Assembly: GCA_913063375.1 (NCBI GenBank)
Contig: CAJXXR010000020.1
Coordinates: forward strand, 1 to 57,926
From: an uncultured Flavobacteriales bacterium
GTDB taxonomy: Bacteria; Bacteroidota; Bacteroidia; Flavobacteriales; CAJXXR01
DNA: 57,926 nt
Direction of reading: 5' to 3'
How positions within the stretch are numbered: position 1 is the first letter of the stretch; each line of letters begins with the position of its first letter. Below, one piece after another: positions 1 to 9,472 of the stretch. Both the position numbers and the translations under genes were made by a program. The notes below the pieces were generated by a model that was not told where the DNA came from, did no database searches, and was given only the letters and a program-made list of their open reading frames with translations.

Positions 1-74
1 AGGGATTCGAACCCCCGGTACTTGCGTACAATGGTTTTCAAGACCACCGCATTAAACCGCTCTGCCATCTCTCC
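1..74 (-). tRNA. tRNA-Ser (anticodon TGA), 3' end truncated by window edge
   Basis: Reverse complement of 1-74 reads GGAGAGATGGCAGAGCGGTTTAATGCGGTGGTCTTGAAAACCATTGTACGCAAGTACCGGGGGTTCGAATCCCT. This is a typical tRNA-Ser 5' end with a D-arm, an anticodon loop CTTGAAA (anticodon TGA), a long variable arm and a T-arm GGTTCGAATCC. The acceptor 3' strand lies beyond position 1. Confidence 0.85.
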
Positions 75-286
75 TGATGCGGATGCAAAAGTACATTTGT
101 TTTTAAACCTTCCAAATATTTGTAGCAAAAAAATTCAAAAAAAACACAAGGTAATCACTAACCCTAAGATCTTCAAAACAATAGATAGGTCTGAATATTT
201 CAATGATTTTTGATAGAATAAAAAGAACTTATAAACAGACAGAAAATATGCGCTTCATATATTAAGAAACTTCCAAGAAAAATGAT

Positions 287-294
287 TATTTTTG
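287..294 (+). promoter_or_regulatory. Candidate Bacteroidetes sigma-A -7 element (TATTTTTG = TAnnTTTG) upstream of purL
   Basis: TAnnTTTG match lies 25 nt upstream of the purL ATG. No clear -33 TTTG partner was found. Confidence 0.25.
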
Positions 295-318
295 CCGTTT
301 AAAGCAAACTAAAGATCC

Positions 319-3300
319 GTGATGTTAACATTTTACAAAGGTGCTGAAGGGCAGGTTTATGCCTTACAAACAAGTGAAAAGATTGCAAACGAAAGCCTTG
401 AGAAGCTGAGTTGGCTATTTGGTAATGCAGATTTGCAAACCAGTAGTTCAGTCTCTGGAACCTTCGTAGGACCAAGAAAAGAGATGATTTCTCCTTGGAG
501 TACCAACGCTGTTGAGATCACGCAAAATATGGGGGTTGTCGGTATCGAAAGAATCGAATTGTATCTACCATTGGCGGTAGGTGATAATTTTGACCCAATG
601 TTACAGGTGAAATATACTGAACTTGGTCAAGACCTTTTCGAAGTAGAAATCAATCCTGAGCCAATTATTCAGGTGGAGGATATTGCTTCTTACAACGCCA
701 AAGAAGGATTAGCCTTATCAGATGAAGAGGTTGTTTACTTAGAAGAAATAAGCACTAAAATTGGAAGAAAACTAACAGATGCTGAAGTATTTGGTTTCTC
801 ACAAATCAACTCTGAGCACTGTCGTCATAAAATTTTCAACGGGACCTTCATCATTGATGGTGAAGAAAAGCCAGTATCGCTTTTCAAATTAATCCGTCAA
901 ACGTCCGAAGAAAACCCAAACAATATTGTTTCTGCTTATAAGGATAATGTTGCTTTTGTAGAAGGTTCAAAAATTGAACAATTCGCTCCAAACTCTGGAG
1001 ATAAAGCAGATTTTTATACGAAAAAAGAAATTGACGCTATCCTTTCTTTGAAAGCTGAAACGCATAATTTCCCTACTACTGTAGAGCCTTTTAATGGTGC
1101 AGCAACAGGAGCAGGTGGAGAAATTAGAGACCGTCTAGCAGGTGGTAAAGGTTCTTTACCTTTAGCAGGTACTGCGGTTTATATGACTTCTTACTCTAGA
1201 TTGGAAGAAGGAAGATCTTGGGAAGAAGGAACAAAAGAAAGAGACTGGTTATATCAAACTCCTTTAGATATTCTTATCAAGGCTTCAAATGGAGCTTCTG
1301 ACTTTGGTAACAAATTCGGACAACCACTTATTACAGGTTCTTTATTAACTTTTGAACACCAAGAGGGTGACCTACAATATGGTTTCGATAAAGTAATCAT
1401 GTTAGCCGGTGGTGTTGGAACTGGTAAAAAAGCTGAAGCCCTAAAAGATGTTCCTGAAAAAGGAGATAAGATCGTGGTGATGGGTGGTGATAACTACCGT
1501 ATCGGAATGGGTGGAAGTTCTGTATCATCTGTTGATACTGGAGAATTATCCAATTCAATTGAATTGAACGCTATTCAACGTTCAAATCCAGAAATGCAAA
1601 AACGTGTTGCCAATGCTATTCGTAGCATGGTAGAACAAGATATCAACCCTATCGTTTCTATTCACGATCATGGTGCAGGTGGACACTTAAACTGTCTTTC
1701 TGAATTGGTGGAAGAAACTGGTGGTAAAATCGACTTGAGCAAATTGCCTGTAGGTGACCCTACGCTTTCGGCAAAAGAGATTGTTGGAAATGAGTCTCAA
1801 GAGAGAATGGGACTGATCCTAAAAGCAAAAGATGTTGCTCAAATGGAACAGATCTCTGAGAGAGAAAGAGCTCCTTTCTATGTGGTTGGTGAAATCACCG
1901 AGGACAACAGATTTACTTTCGAATCTTCTAAAAACGGAGATACTCCAATGGATCTAGCCCTAGAAGACATGTTTGGCAATTCACCAAAGACAATCATGGA
2001 GGATAAAACGATAGTGACCAACTATGCAGCTATCAACTATGATGAAAGTAAAATTGAAGAATACGTAAAACAAGTACTACAAATTGAAGCTGTAGCTTGT
2101 AAAGACTGGTTAACAAACAAAGTTGACCGTTGTGTATCTGGACGTATTGCTAAACAGCAAAACACTGGACCTCTTCATATCCCACTGAACAATGTAGGTG
2201 TTGTTGCCTTAGACTACACTAGCCGTAAAGGTATCGCTACATCTATTGGACACTCTCCAGTAAGTGCTATCATCGATCCTACTGCTGGTTCTAGAAATTC
2301 TATCGCTGAAGCGTTAACGAATCTTATTTGGGCGCCACTTTCAAATGACCTTAACAGTGTTTCACTGAGTGCAAACTGGATGTGGCCAGCACGTAACGAA
2401 GGTGAAGACGCTAGATTATATACAGCTGTTGAAGCTATCAGTGAATTTGCAATTGAATTAGGAATCAATGTACCAACCGGTAAAGATTCTATGTCCATGA
2501 CGCAAAAATACCCTGATGGTAAAAAAGTTGTTTCTCCAGGAACTGTTATCATCTCTGCAATTGGAGAATGTTCTGATGTAAACAATGTTATCAGCCCAGT
2601 ATTAAAGAAAAATACACAACAACCACTATGGTATGTTGACCTAAGTAAGGATAGCCTTAAAATTGGTGGTTCTTCATTCGCCCAAACAATGAAAAAATTG
2701 GGGAACGAAGCACCTACTATTGAAGATGCAGCTTACTTTAAAACAGCATTCAACACGATCCAAAAACTAATCAAGGAAAAATTGATAGTTGCTGGTCATG
2801 ATATCTCTTCAGGAGGTTTGATCACTGCAGCATTGGAAATGTGTTTTGCCGACAATAACCTTGGCCTTGACTTAGATCTTTCTGCTTTAGGAAATGGTGC
2901 TATTGAAGCTTTATTTGCAGAGAATTCTGGATTGCTAATTCAAGTACAAGATGCAGACAAAGCCGCAGCTATCTTAAACGAAGCTGGTATCGACTTTAAA
3001 GCAATCGGGACTATCCGTGAGGATGACAAAATGAACCTAACAGTTGCAGGAAAAGAATACAACTGGAGTATAGCAGATATGCGTGATACTTGGTACAGAA
3101 GTTCATACCTATTGGATAGAAATCAATCTGGTGCTGCGAAAGCAAAAGAACGTTTCGAAAACTATAAGAACCACGAATTGAACTTTAAGTTCCCAGCGAA
3201 CTTTACTGGTCAATTTGCACAATGGGGTCTAGATCGTCACAGAACTATCTCTACAGGTCTTAAAGCAGCCGTTATCCGTGAAAAAGGATCGAACTCTGAA

Positions 3301-4011
3301 CGTGAAATGGCACATGCTCTTCACCTTGCAGGATTTGATGTAAAAGATATTCACATGACAGACCTTATGTCTGGAAAAGAAGATCTAACGGATGTGCACT
3401 TTATTGCAGCTGTAGGTGGATTCTCTAATTCAGATGTTCTAGGTTCAGCGAAAGGCTGGGCAGGTGTATTCAAATACAATGAAAACGCTAAAAGAGCATT
3501 AGAGAACTTCATGCAACGTGAAGACACGCTTAGCTTGGGTGTTTGTAACGGTTGTCAGTTGTTTATGGAACTAGGAATGGTCTATCCAGAGATGGGAGAA
3601 AACCACCCAACGATGCACCATAACGACTCGCACAAGTTTGAGTCTGGATTCGTTTCTGTAGATATCCCAGAAAACAACTCTGTTATGTTTAAGTCCCTTG
3701 CTGGAACTAAATTGGGAGCTTGGGTAGCGAATGGAGAAGGGAAATTTATTCTTCCTGGAGATAAGTCTCAATACGACGTTGCAGGTACTTATACGTATGA
3801 TAGCTATCCTGCAAATCCAAATGGATCTGACTACAATACAATGGCTATGACTTCAAAAGACGGTCGTGTATTAGTTATGATGCCTCACCTAGAACGTTCT
3901 ATCCTGACTTGGAACTGGGCACATTACCCAGACAACAGACAAGCAGATGAAGTAACGCCTTGGATCGAAGCATTTGTAAATGCAAAAGAATGGATATTGA
4001 GTAAACAATAG
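319..4011 (+). CDS. purL: Phosphoribosylformylglycinamidine (FGAM) synthase, single-chain large form
   Basis: 1230-aa ORF with the N-terminal FGAM synthetase domain, the AIR-synthase-related domains and a C-terminal glutamine amidotransferase with a catalytic Cys (GVCNGCQ). The length fits large PurL. Confidence 0.95.
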   Translation: MMLTFYKGAEGQVYALQTSEKIANESLEKLSWLFGNADLQTSSSVSGTFVGPRKEMISPWSTNAVEITQNMGVVGIERIELYLPLAVGDNFDPMLQVKYTELGQDLFEVEINPEPIIQVEDIASYNAKEGLALSDEEVVYLEEISTKIGRKLTDAEVFGFSQINSEHCRHKIFNGTFIIDGEEKPVSLFKLIRQTSEENPNNIVSAYKDNVAFVEGSKIEQFAPNSGDKADFYTKKEIDAILSLKAETHNFPTTVEPFNGAATGAGGEIRDRLAGGKGSLPLAGTAVYMTSYSRLEEGRSWEEGTKERDWLYQTPLDILIKASNGASDFGNKFGQPLITGSLLTFEHQEGDLQYGFDKVIMLAGGVGTGKKAEALKDVPEKGDKIVVMGGDNYRIGMGGSSVSSVDTGELSNSIELNAIQRSNPEMQKRVANAIRSMVEQDINPIVSIHDHGAGGHLNCLSELVEETGGKIDLSKLPVGDPTLSAKEIVGNESQERMGLILKAKDVAQMEQISERERAPFYVVGEITEDNRFTFESSKNGDTPMDLALEDMFGNSPKTIMEDKTIVTNYAAINYDESKIEEYVKQVLQIEAVACKDWLTNKVDRCVSGRIAKQQNTGPLHIPLNNVGVVALDYTSRKGIATSIGHSPVSAIIDPTAGSRNSIAEALTNLIWAPLSNDLNSVSLSANWMWPARNEGEDARLYTAVEAISEFAIELGINVPTGKDSMSMTQKYPDGKKVVSPGTVIISAIGECSDVNNVISPVLKKNTQQPLWYVDLSKDSLKIGGSSFAQTMKKLGNEAPTIEDAAYFKTAFNTIQKLIKEKLIVAGHDISSGGLITAALEMCFADNNLGLDLDLSALGNGAIEALFAENSGLLIQVQDADKAAAILNEAGIDFKAIGTIREDDKMNLTVAGKEYNWSIADMRDTWYRSSYLLDRNQSGAAKAKERFENYKNHELNFKFPANFTGQFAQWGLDRHRTISTGLKAAVIREKGSNSEREMAHALHLAGFDVKDIHMTDLMSGKEDLTDVHFIAAVGGFSNSDVLGSAKGWAGVFKYNENAKRALENFMQREDTLSLGVCNGCQLFMELGMVYPEMGENHPTMHHNDSHKFESGFVSVDIPENNSVMFKSLAGTKLGAWVANGEGKFILPGDKSQYDVAGTYTYDSYPANPNGSDYNTMAMTSKDGRVLVMMPHLERSILTWNWAHYPDNRQADEVTPWIEAFVNAKEWILSKQ

Positions 4012-4035
4012 TTTACTAAAACCAATATATTTAAA

Positions 4036-4066
4036 GCCTCTTAAGTTCTACTTAAGGGGCTTTTTT
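4036..4066 (+). terminator. Rho-independent terminator after purL
   Basis: gcctcttaag-ttcta-cttaaggggc hairpin (10-bp stem, one G.U) followed by TTTTTT. Confidence 0.7.
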
Positions 4067-4585
4067 ATGCATCCATTTACCAAATACACAGTACTGAAAA
4101 TAGTCTTACTTATGCCTAGAATAATGCATGATTTGACAAAAAATTAGAGTAGTTATTAAGGATTCAAAAGAAGAACCGAATGACATAACTGATCCAACTA
4201 GAATGGAATAGTCTACCAGGTTTGTATCTACTAAATACTCAAACAATTAAAGGCGAAAATTCTGTGAGAAAATTGATCAAGAAATATCAAATCTTTCTAT
4301 TTGCACTGATCTTATCCACAAAATAGCGTGTAGAATTCTATTAAATATAAGCGCATAATCTACTATCAAGGAACCATTGCAAAACATAAGGCAAAAAAAT
4401 CAAGAAGAAATAACATTAGCACCCTTACTTCCAAATAGTTACACGGACCAACTAAAGTAAACTATAATGATATATCAACTATTAAAAACAATGAAAAGCG
4501 AAAAATGTCGCAATGAATTTATTGGGTTTTGGAGCCCATTTTAAATCAAATAAAAACGATTGAAATTAATAAAAGTACAATCCTA

Positions 4586-5086
4586 CTACACACCGTTAGC
4601 ACAACATTTTTTATATTTCTTTCCACTTCCACAAAGGCAAGGATCATTTCTACCAATCCTATTTTTTGAAGTTGCAATGGGTGCATTATGAATACCAGAA
4701 ACATACATCCACTGATCTTCTATTTTTCTAAAAGAAGAATTTTCTTGTAAGCATTCAACCTTTCCTTCTTGGCTATAAAATGCCTTAAAATGAACCGTTC
4801 CAATTGTATCCGAAACCCCTCCTTTTTCGGAAGTCAAAATTTCTAATCCAGTCCATTGAATACTATTTACCCAGACTTCAATATCCTTATAATTATCTTG
4901 TAATGTTGCAGGATCATGGGTGGCCAAAATATACGCAATGTCTTTTAGAAAATAAGCCGCATATCTTGAACGCATTAAGTCCTCAGCTGTACTTGGCAAC
5001 TTAGTTCTTAAAATTAGCGCCTCACAGCAGCTCTTAAAGCTTTTACCACTTCCACATGGGCAATCTAACTCTGGACTATAATTCAT
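4586..5086 (-). CDS. ychJ: YchJ-family protein (UPF0225) with SEC-C metal-binding motifs at both ends
   Basis: N-terminal CPCGSGKSFKSCC and C-terminal GRNDPCLCGSGKKYKKCC flank an NTF2-like core (LMRSRYAAYF...). This is collinear with E. coli YchJ. The start was chosen at the Met of MNYSPELDCPCG (5086) rather than the track start 5125, which overlaps the upstream gene by 50 nt. Confidence 0.8.
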   Translation of the reverse strand: MNYSPELDCPCGSGKSFKSCCEALILRTKLPSTAEDLMRSRYAAYFLKDIAYILATHDPATLQDNYKDIEVWVNSIQWTGLEILTSEKGGVSDTIGTVHFKAFYSQEGKVECLQENSSFRKIEDQWMYVSGIHNAPIATSKNRIGRNDPCLCGSGKKYKKCCANGV

Positions 5087-5930
5087 CCTTATGAAAGCTT
5101 GCAAAGAATAATGTAAGAGCGTCAAAGTCCTGCTCCCCTATCAGATCCATAAAATGTGCATAATTCGGCATGGCATCTCTCAAATTATCTTTCAATCTGA
5201 AAAGGGTATTGAATTCATCTGTGAACTCATTCCTCAATTCAAACAAAAATCCAATGGTAGTATTGAACAACTTAAACAAAGTCTGATCTTCTGATAAGCT
5301 TTCATCATCAATAGATAAACATTGAATCATATTCAACAGTAAATTGACATCTTTAGCTTCTATTGCCACAGCCAACCCTTTATGAATATGCGAGAAGAAA
5401 TCTACTAAATCTGCTGCATCATTTACTCTTGGAATAGGAATCGGCTCGAAACTAACATCTTCAAAAACCTCAAGTGAAGCGGAAACATCTCCCTTCTGCA
5501 TCAACATAAAGGCTTTCAAATTGGCAATGGTTAGCTGCCCAAAGACATCTTCATCATCCAATTCCCAACGTGCCTTTTCTAATAACAAAACACCTTTGGA
5601 CATCGCGTCTACTCTATACTCCTCTCCCCTATTTATAGACAATTCAGCTAGAAAGATAAGCGCCCAATCCACAAGAAATTCAGCAGTATCCGCGTCTTCA
5701 TCTAAAAACTCATACCCCAAAGCATACTCATCCGAAGCTAGATCTAATTCACCAAAAAGTGTGAATCCAGAAGCTCTAAGCATCAATCCTTTCATATAAT
5801 ATTCCGGTGAAGCCTTTAAAGACTCTACAACTGGATTATTTAGAATTGCTTGGATAGTCTCCGCATCTTGATTAGCTATTGCTACTTGATAAGCACTCTC
5901 TAACTCTTCAAAGATATCTTGTTCTCGCAT
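5076..5930 (-). CDS. Hypothetical acidic cytoplasmic protein (284 aa)
   Basis: Long ORF, strongly acidic (E/D-rich), no recognisable motifs. 11-nt overlap with ychJ-like gene suggests an operon. Confidence 0.5.
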   Translation of the reverse strand: MREQDIFEELESAYQVAIANQDAETIQAILNNPVVESLKASPEYYMKGLMLRASGFTLFGELDLASDEYALGYEFLDEDADTAEFLVDWALIFLAELSINRGEEYRVDAMSKGVLLLEKARWELDDEDVFGQLTIANLKAFMLMQKGDVSASLEVFEDVSFEPIPIPRVNDAADLVDFFSHIHKGLAVAIEAKDVNLLLNMIQCLSIDDESLSEDQTLFKLFNTTIGFLFELRNEFTDEFNTLFRLKDNLRDAMPNYAHFMDLIGEQDFDALTLFFASFHKDEL

Positions 5931-6173
5931 GTTCGGAATTATTGAAAATTTTTAGTTTCAAACGTCGGCAAAGATAGTTCAAAAATTCACTTCTCGTTCC
6001 AAAATTATCAGCATAACATAAACAAATGGATAGTTCCTTTTATCATCGGTTTATTAACCAAGTCTCTAATTAAATGATTTAAATCATAAACCACTGATAA
6101 ACAGTATATTTTGATTGTTTACAGCTAGGTTATCTACCGGAAATTTATTAACTTACATAGAAATGAAAAGGCC

Positions 6174-6596
6174 ATGAAGCTTATTGTAAAACTAAATAAG
6201 TGGGCAAATGCCCGAACCAATTTGCCATTAGATATTCTGAGAATTCTTCTGGGCGGTTTCCTATTTTACAAAGGAGTGGATTTTATAGGGCATACCGAAT
6301 ACCTGACGGATATAATCTCTCCGGTTAAAACCTACGGTGCTGAAATTACCATTGTACATTATGTTGCAATGACCCATTTAACGGGTGGCTTAATGATTAT
6401 GTTTGGTTTATTGACCAGATTAGCTGTAATAGTTCAAATCCCAATTTTAGTAGGAGCAGTAGCCATCAACTTTATAGGTATCATGGATGTCAACAATGTC
6501 ATACTTGCCACAACAGTATTATTGGTCGCCAGTTTTTTCCTAGTATACGGATCAGGAAAACACTCAGCTGATTATAATCTGCAGATGAACGCTTAG
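6174..6596 (+). CDS. Small polytopic membrane protein, DoxX-like
   Basis: 140 aa with 4 predicted TM helices. The N-terminal pattern LRILLGGFLFYKG resembles the DoxX/SURF4 family. Confidence 0.45.
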   Translation: MKLIVKLNKWANARTNLPLDILRILLGGFLFYKGVDFIGHTEYLTDIISPVKTYGAEITIVHYVAMTHLTGGLMIMFGLLTRLAVIVQIPILVGAVAINFIGIMDVNNVILATTVLLVASFFLVYGSGKHSADYNLQMNA

Positions 6597-6768
6597 TCTT
6601 TTCACTCAAGAACCCAAGTGTTGAATTAATTTCTTTGTTGCAACAAAGGAGGTTCAGGAACAGGAGGGGCAGTAGCTCAATAAAATTCCAGTGTCAACTT
6701 AGTATTCCTAACTTGATTCTATTTTCATTTCAACCATTGGATAATTAATTATTGAGTTAATAAATGAG

Positions 6769-6799
6769 AGAGGCTGTCTTAAATATTAAGACAGCCTCT
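6769..6799 (+). terminator. Perfect 13-bp stem-loop (agaggctgtctta/aatat/taagacagcctct). Possibly a distal terminator of the DoxX-like gene.
   Basis: Perfect inverted repeat followed by atatatttt. It lies 173 nt past the stop of 6174..6596 inside a 650-bp gene-free stretch. Confidence 0.35.
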
Positions 6800-7248
6800 A
6801 TATATTTTACAGAGTATACAGAGGGAATTATGCTATATTTAGAGCTTAAAAATATAACATAGAATGAACATTACTAAAACAGGTGTCCCCGTAGAATTCT
6901 AATTTCAAAAAATAACTAAAGGAGAAATGTCTTTTTCTGATCTCATACCTCAACTTTAAGCCGACAGACTAGAACCAAAAATGGTACCCATAATTATAAG
7001 AACTGTAGATAATAAAATCATTAAACACGATCAGAATAAGGCTGACCACTCCACTGGTCGAAACATACTTTGAGGAGGCTCCCTAATAACAATTTTTGGA
7101 CTACGAGTAACTATAGGAACCTATACCAATATCATTCAAAGTGGCAACAATTATGAAGTAGCCTACGGCCCTGTTTTGTTTGGGATTTGTACTGCAATGG
7201 TAGGATGGAAAAAAATGAATAAGGACTAAGGCGAAAACCTTACCTCAA

Positions 7249-7650
7249 TTATGGCTCAGTAGAGATCCGAACTCCCTCATAAGTAAGATAAGCTCCAGAA
7301 CCAAGCCCACCAGCTCTGTAATACGAATAGATGCTATCATTCCTAAAACGAAATAGAAGGGGGAAATACCAAAATTCGCCTTTTGTATCTAACCAAAACT
7401 CATGCCCTAAAGCAGATAGGGTAGTATCCGTATCTCCATAGTTTACACTAATAACAGTATCCTTTTCACTATCCGTACACCATTGAGAGGGCATCCCATA
7501 ACATTCAACACTTTCATGCACAAAATATTTTCCAATATACTTATCTCTGAAATCTGAAGGTTTTGAATCATCCTTTTCACAGGATACTAAGCAACCAGTA
7601 ATTAGTGTTATTAATCCAATTATTTTTAAGTAGATTTTCATTTTATTCAC
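7249..7650 (-). CDS. Small lipoprotein (133 aa), paralogue of 7693..8115
   Basis: Signal peptide plus lipobox (LITGCLVSCEKDD). About 65% identical to the upstream neighbour (shared FRDKYIGKYFVHES, GHEFWLDT.GEF, FRFRNDSIYS.YR.GGLG, YEGVRIS.EP). Confidence 0.6.
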   Translation of the reverse strand: MNKMKIYLKIIGLITLITGCLVSCEKDDSKPSDFRDKYIGKYFVHESVECYGMPSQWCTDSEKDTVISVNYGDTDTTLSALGHEFWLDTKGEFWYFPLLFRFRNDSIYSYYRAGGLGSGAYLTYEGVRISTEP

Positions 7651-7692
7651 TCTTATATTTCAATTTGTTGATAAAAAATAGTACTGAATTAA

Positions 7693-8115
7693 TTATGGCT
7701 CACTAGAAATCCTAACCCCTTCATAAGTCTCGTAATACCCGCAACCAAGTCCACCATTCCTGTAGGACGAATAGATGCTATCATTCCTAAAACGAAATTT
7801 AAGAGGGAAAATAGAAAATTCACCGATTGAATCTAGCCAAAACTCATGCCCTAATGCGAATAAAGTATTATCTGCACCTCCATAGGTTACACTTATAACA
7901 GTATCCTTTTCGCTGTCATCATCATTATAAGGACACCATGGAGGCGGCGCACCATACTTGACAATACTTTCATGAACAAAATATTTACCAATATACTTAT
8001 TTCTGAAATCTGAAAGTTCTGAATCATCCTTTTCACAGGATTGTAAACAACCAACAATTATCACTACCAATCCAATTATTTTTAAATAGATCTTCACTTT
8101 TATATTTATTTTCAA
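7693..8115 (-). CDS. Small lipoprotein (140 aa), tandem paralogue of 7249..7650
   Basis: Same signal and lipobox (VVIIVGCLQSCEKDD) with the same conserved core. Tandem duplicate. Confidence 0.6.
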   Translation of the reverse strand: MKINIKVKIYLKIIGLVVIIVGCLQSCEKDDSELSDFRNKYIGKYFVHESIVKYGAPPPWCPYNDDDSEKDTVISVTYGGADNTLFALGHEFWLDSIGEFSIFPLKFRFRNDSIYSSYRNGGLGCGYYETYEGVRISSEP

Positions 8116-8210
8116 TTGATTATTAACTTTCTACTAAATTATACTATATTCTTGAATATTGGATACTATTTCTACTGATAGAACTAGCCACACAATAGTA
8201 TTCAATTAAA

Positions 8211-8798
8211 CTACAATACCTCCTGAACCCTCAACTGCAATCTTGGAATTACCTGTTTTTCAAACCAAGCATTACGCTTAAACCAAGCAATATTTCTAGG
8301 AGATGGATGCGGTAATGGAAAGAATTCTGGCAGATACTGCTCAAAATTTGAAACGGTTTCTGTCAATTTCTTTTTTTTCACTTTTGGCAAATAATAATCT
8401 TGAGCATATTTACCCACCAATAAAATAAGCTCAACAGTTTCTAAAGTATCAAATAATTGCTGATGCCACAATGGAGCACACTCCTTTCTAGGAGGCAAAT
8501 CACCCGATTTTCCTTTCCCAGGATAACAAAATCCCATAGGGATAATAGCTATATTTTTTGAATCATAGAATTGATCCTTATCCAAATTCATCCAATCCCG
8601 TAGTCTCCTACCACTTAAATCATCCCATGGAATTCCAGAATTATGCACTTTCAATCCTGGCGCCTGCCCTATAATTACAATTTTTGCACTTTTACTTACT
8701 GAAAGAACTGGATTGGGCCCCATTGGTAAATGATCCATACATACTGTGCAATTCAATATAGACTTTATAAGATTTTCCATGCTTTCAAATCGATTCAT
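8211..8798 (-). CDS. Uracil-DNA glycosylase superfamily protein
   Basis: 195 aa carrying motif A GQAPG (family 4/5 UDGs have GE/LAPG) and motif B HPSPRN near the C-terminus. The assignment is at superfamily level only. Confidence 0.55.
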   Translation of the reverse strand: MNRFESMENLIKSILNCTVCMDHLPMGPNPVLSVSKSAKIVIIGQAPGLKVHNSGIPWDDLSGRRLRDWMNLDKDQFYDSKNIAIIPMGFCYPGKGKSGDLPPRKECAPLWHQQLFDTLETVELILLVGKYAQDYYLPKVKKKKLTETVSNFEQYLPEFFPLPHPSPRNIAWFKRNAWFEKQVIPRLQLRVQEVL

Positions 8799-8819
8799 TT
8801 AGCAAACAATTAACACCTA

Positions 8820-9317
8820 TCACCTCCTCCTCCTAGCACGTGTTTTTGCGCTAATCACTGGATTGTACTGAGCATATTCAAGATCTAACTCTAAGCACAA
8901 CTCTTTAGCCGCCTTCTCTGCCTCTTCAACTCCTTTCATTCGACTAAGAATTACCTTTTTTCGATGAGACTTATTCATTAAATTTATATCGTAATAGGTA
9001 CTGGTATCCGTAGTTGCTATTTGCGCTCTACTATACACTGTGGAACTTTCCATTCGCTTAAGAACTGCTATATATGGATAATCTTCATACGACACCCAAT
9101 CGCCCCATTTATAACCAAAAATCTTTGAATACTCTTTTAATCGCTTATTTGAGATATCGAGATCTACACCTGTGGTACTGAAACTAGCCACAAACCCTAC
9201 AAGAATCAAAACAAGACCGACATAGGAAACGATACCCAAAATACCCAAAAGCATGAGTAAGTAGCCCGTAAATATTAATGGTTTAGAGAATAATTTACCT
9301 GTTGTGAAATTTTTCAT
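8820..9317 (-). CDS. Small membrane protein (165 aa) with basic C-terminus
   Basis: One long hydrophobic N-terminal segment (LIFTGYLLMLLGILGIVSYVGLVLILVGFVA). C-terminal AKTRARRRR. Confidence 0.45.
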   Translation of the reverse strand: MKNFTTGKLFSKPLIFTGYLLMLLGILGIVSYVGLVLILVGFVASFSTTGVDLDISNKRLKEYSKIFGYKWGDWVSYEDYPYIAVLKRMESSTVYSRAQIATTDTSTYYDINLMNKSHRKKVILSRMKGVEEAEKAAKELCLELDLEYAQYNPVISAKTRARRRR

Positions 9318-9472
9318 TTATAAATCTTAAACTATTTATTAATTAGTCAAGAATATACAATTAATGCACGATCGAGATCACTATTTAATCGATAATTTCA
9401 AACTATCACAACCAAAAAAAACCACCTCCTTTTCCAGGAGATGGTTTATAAAAAAATAATGGAGGAATATTT

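Noticed and set aside
22-213. 63-aa ORF at the window start
   Set aside because: Overlaps the antisense of the tRNA-Ser gene. The rest is AT-rich spacer. This is a spurious ORF.
1-318. tRNA-Ser as a possible integration hotspot for a genomic island
   Set aside because: The tRNA is followed directly by housekeeping purL with an ordinary promoter spacer. No integrase, direct repeat of the tRNA 3' end or compositional shift is visible downstream.
2214-3771. Minus-strand ORFs 2214..2585 and 3571..3771
   Set aside because: They lie entirely inside purL on the opposite strand. No independent support.
4804-5004. 66-aa plus-strand ORF
   Set aside because: Antisense within the YchJ-like gene.
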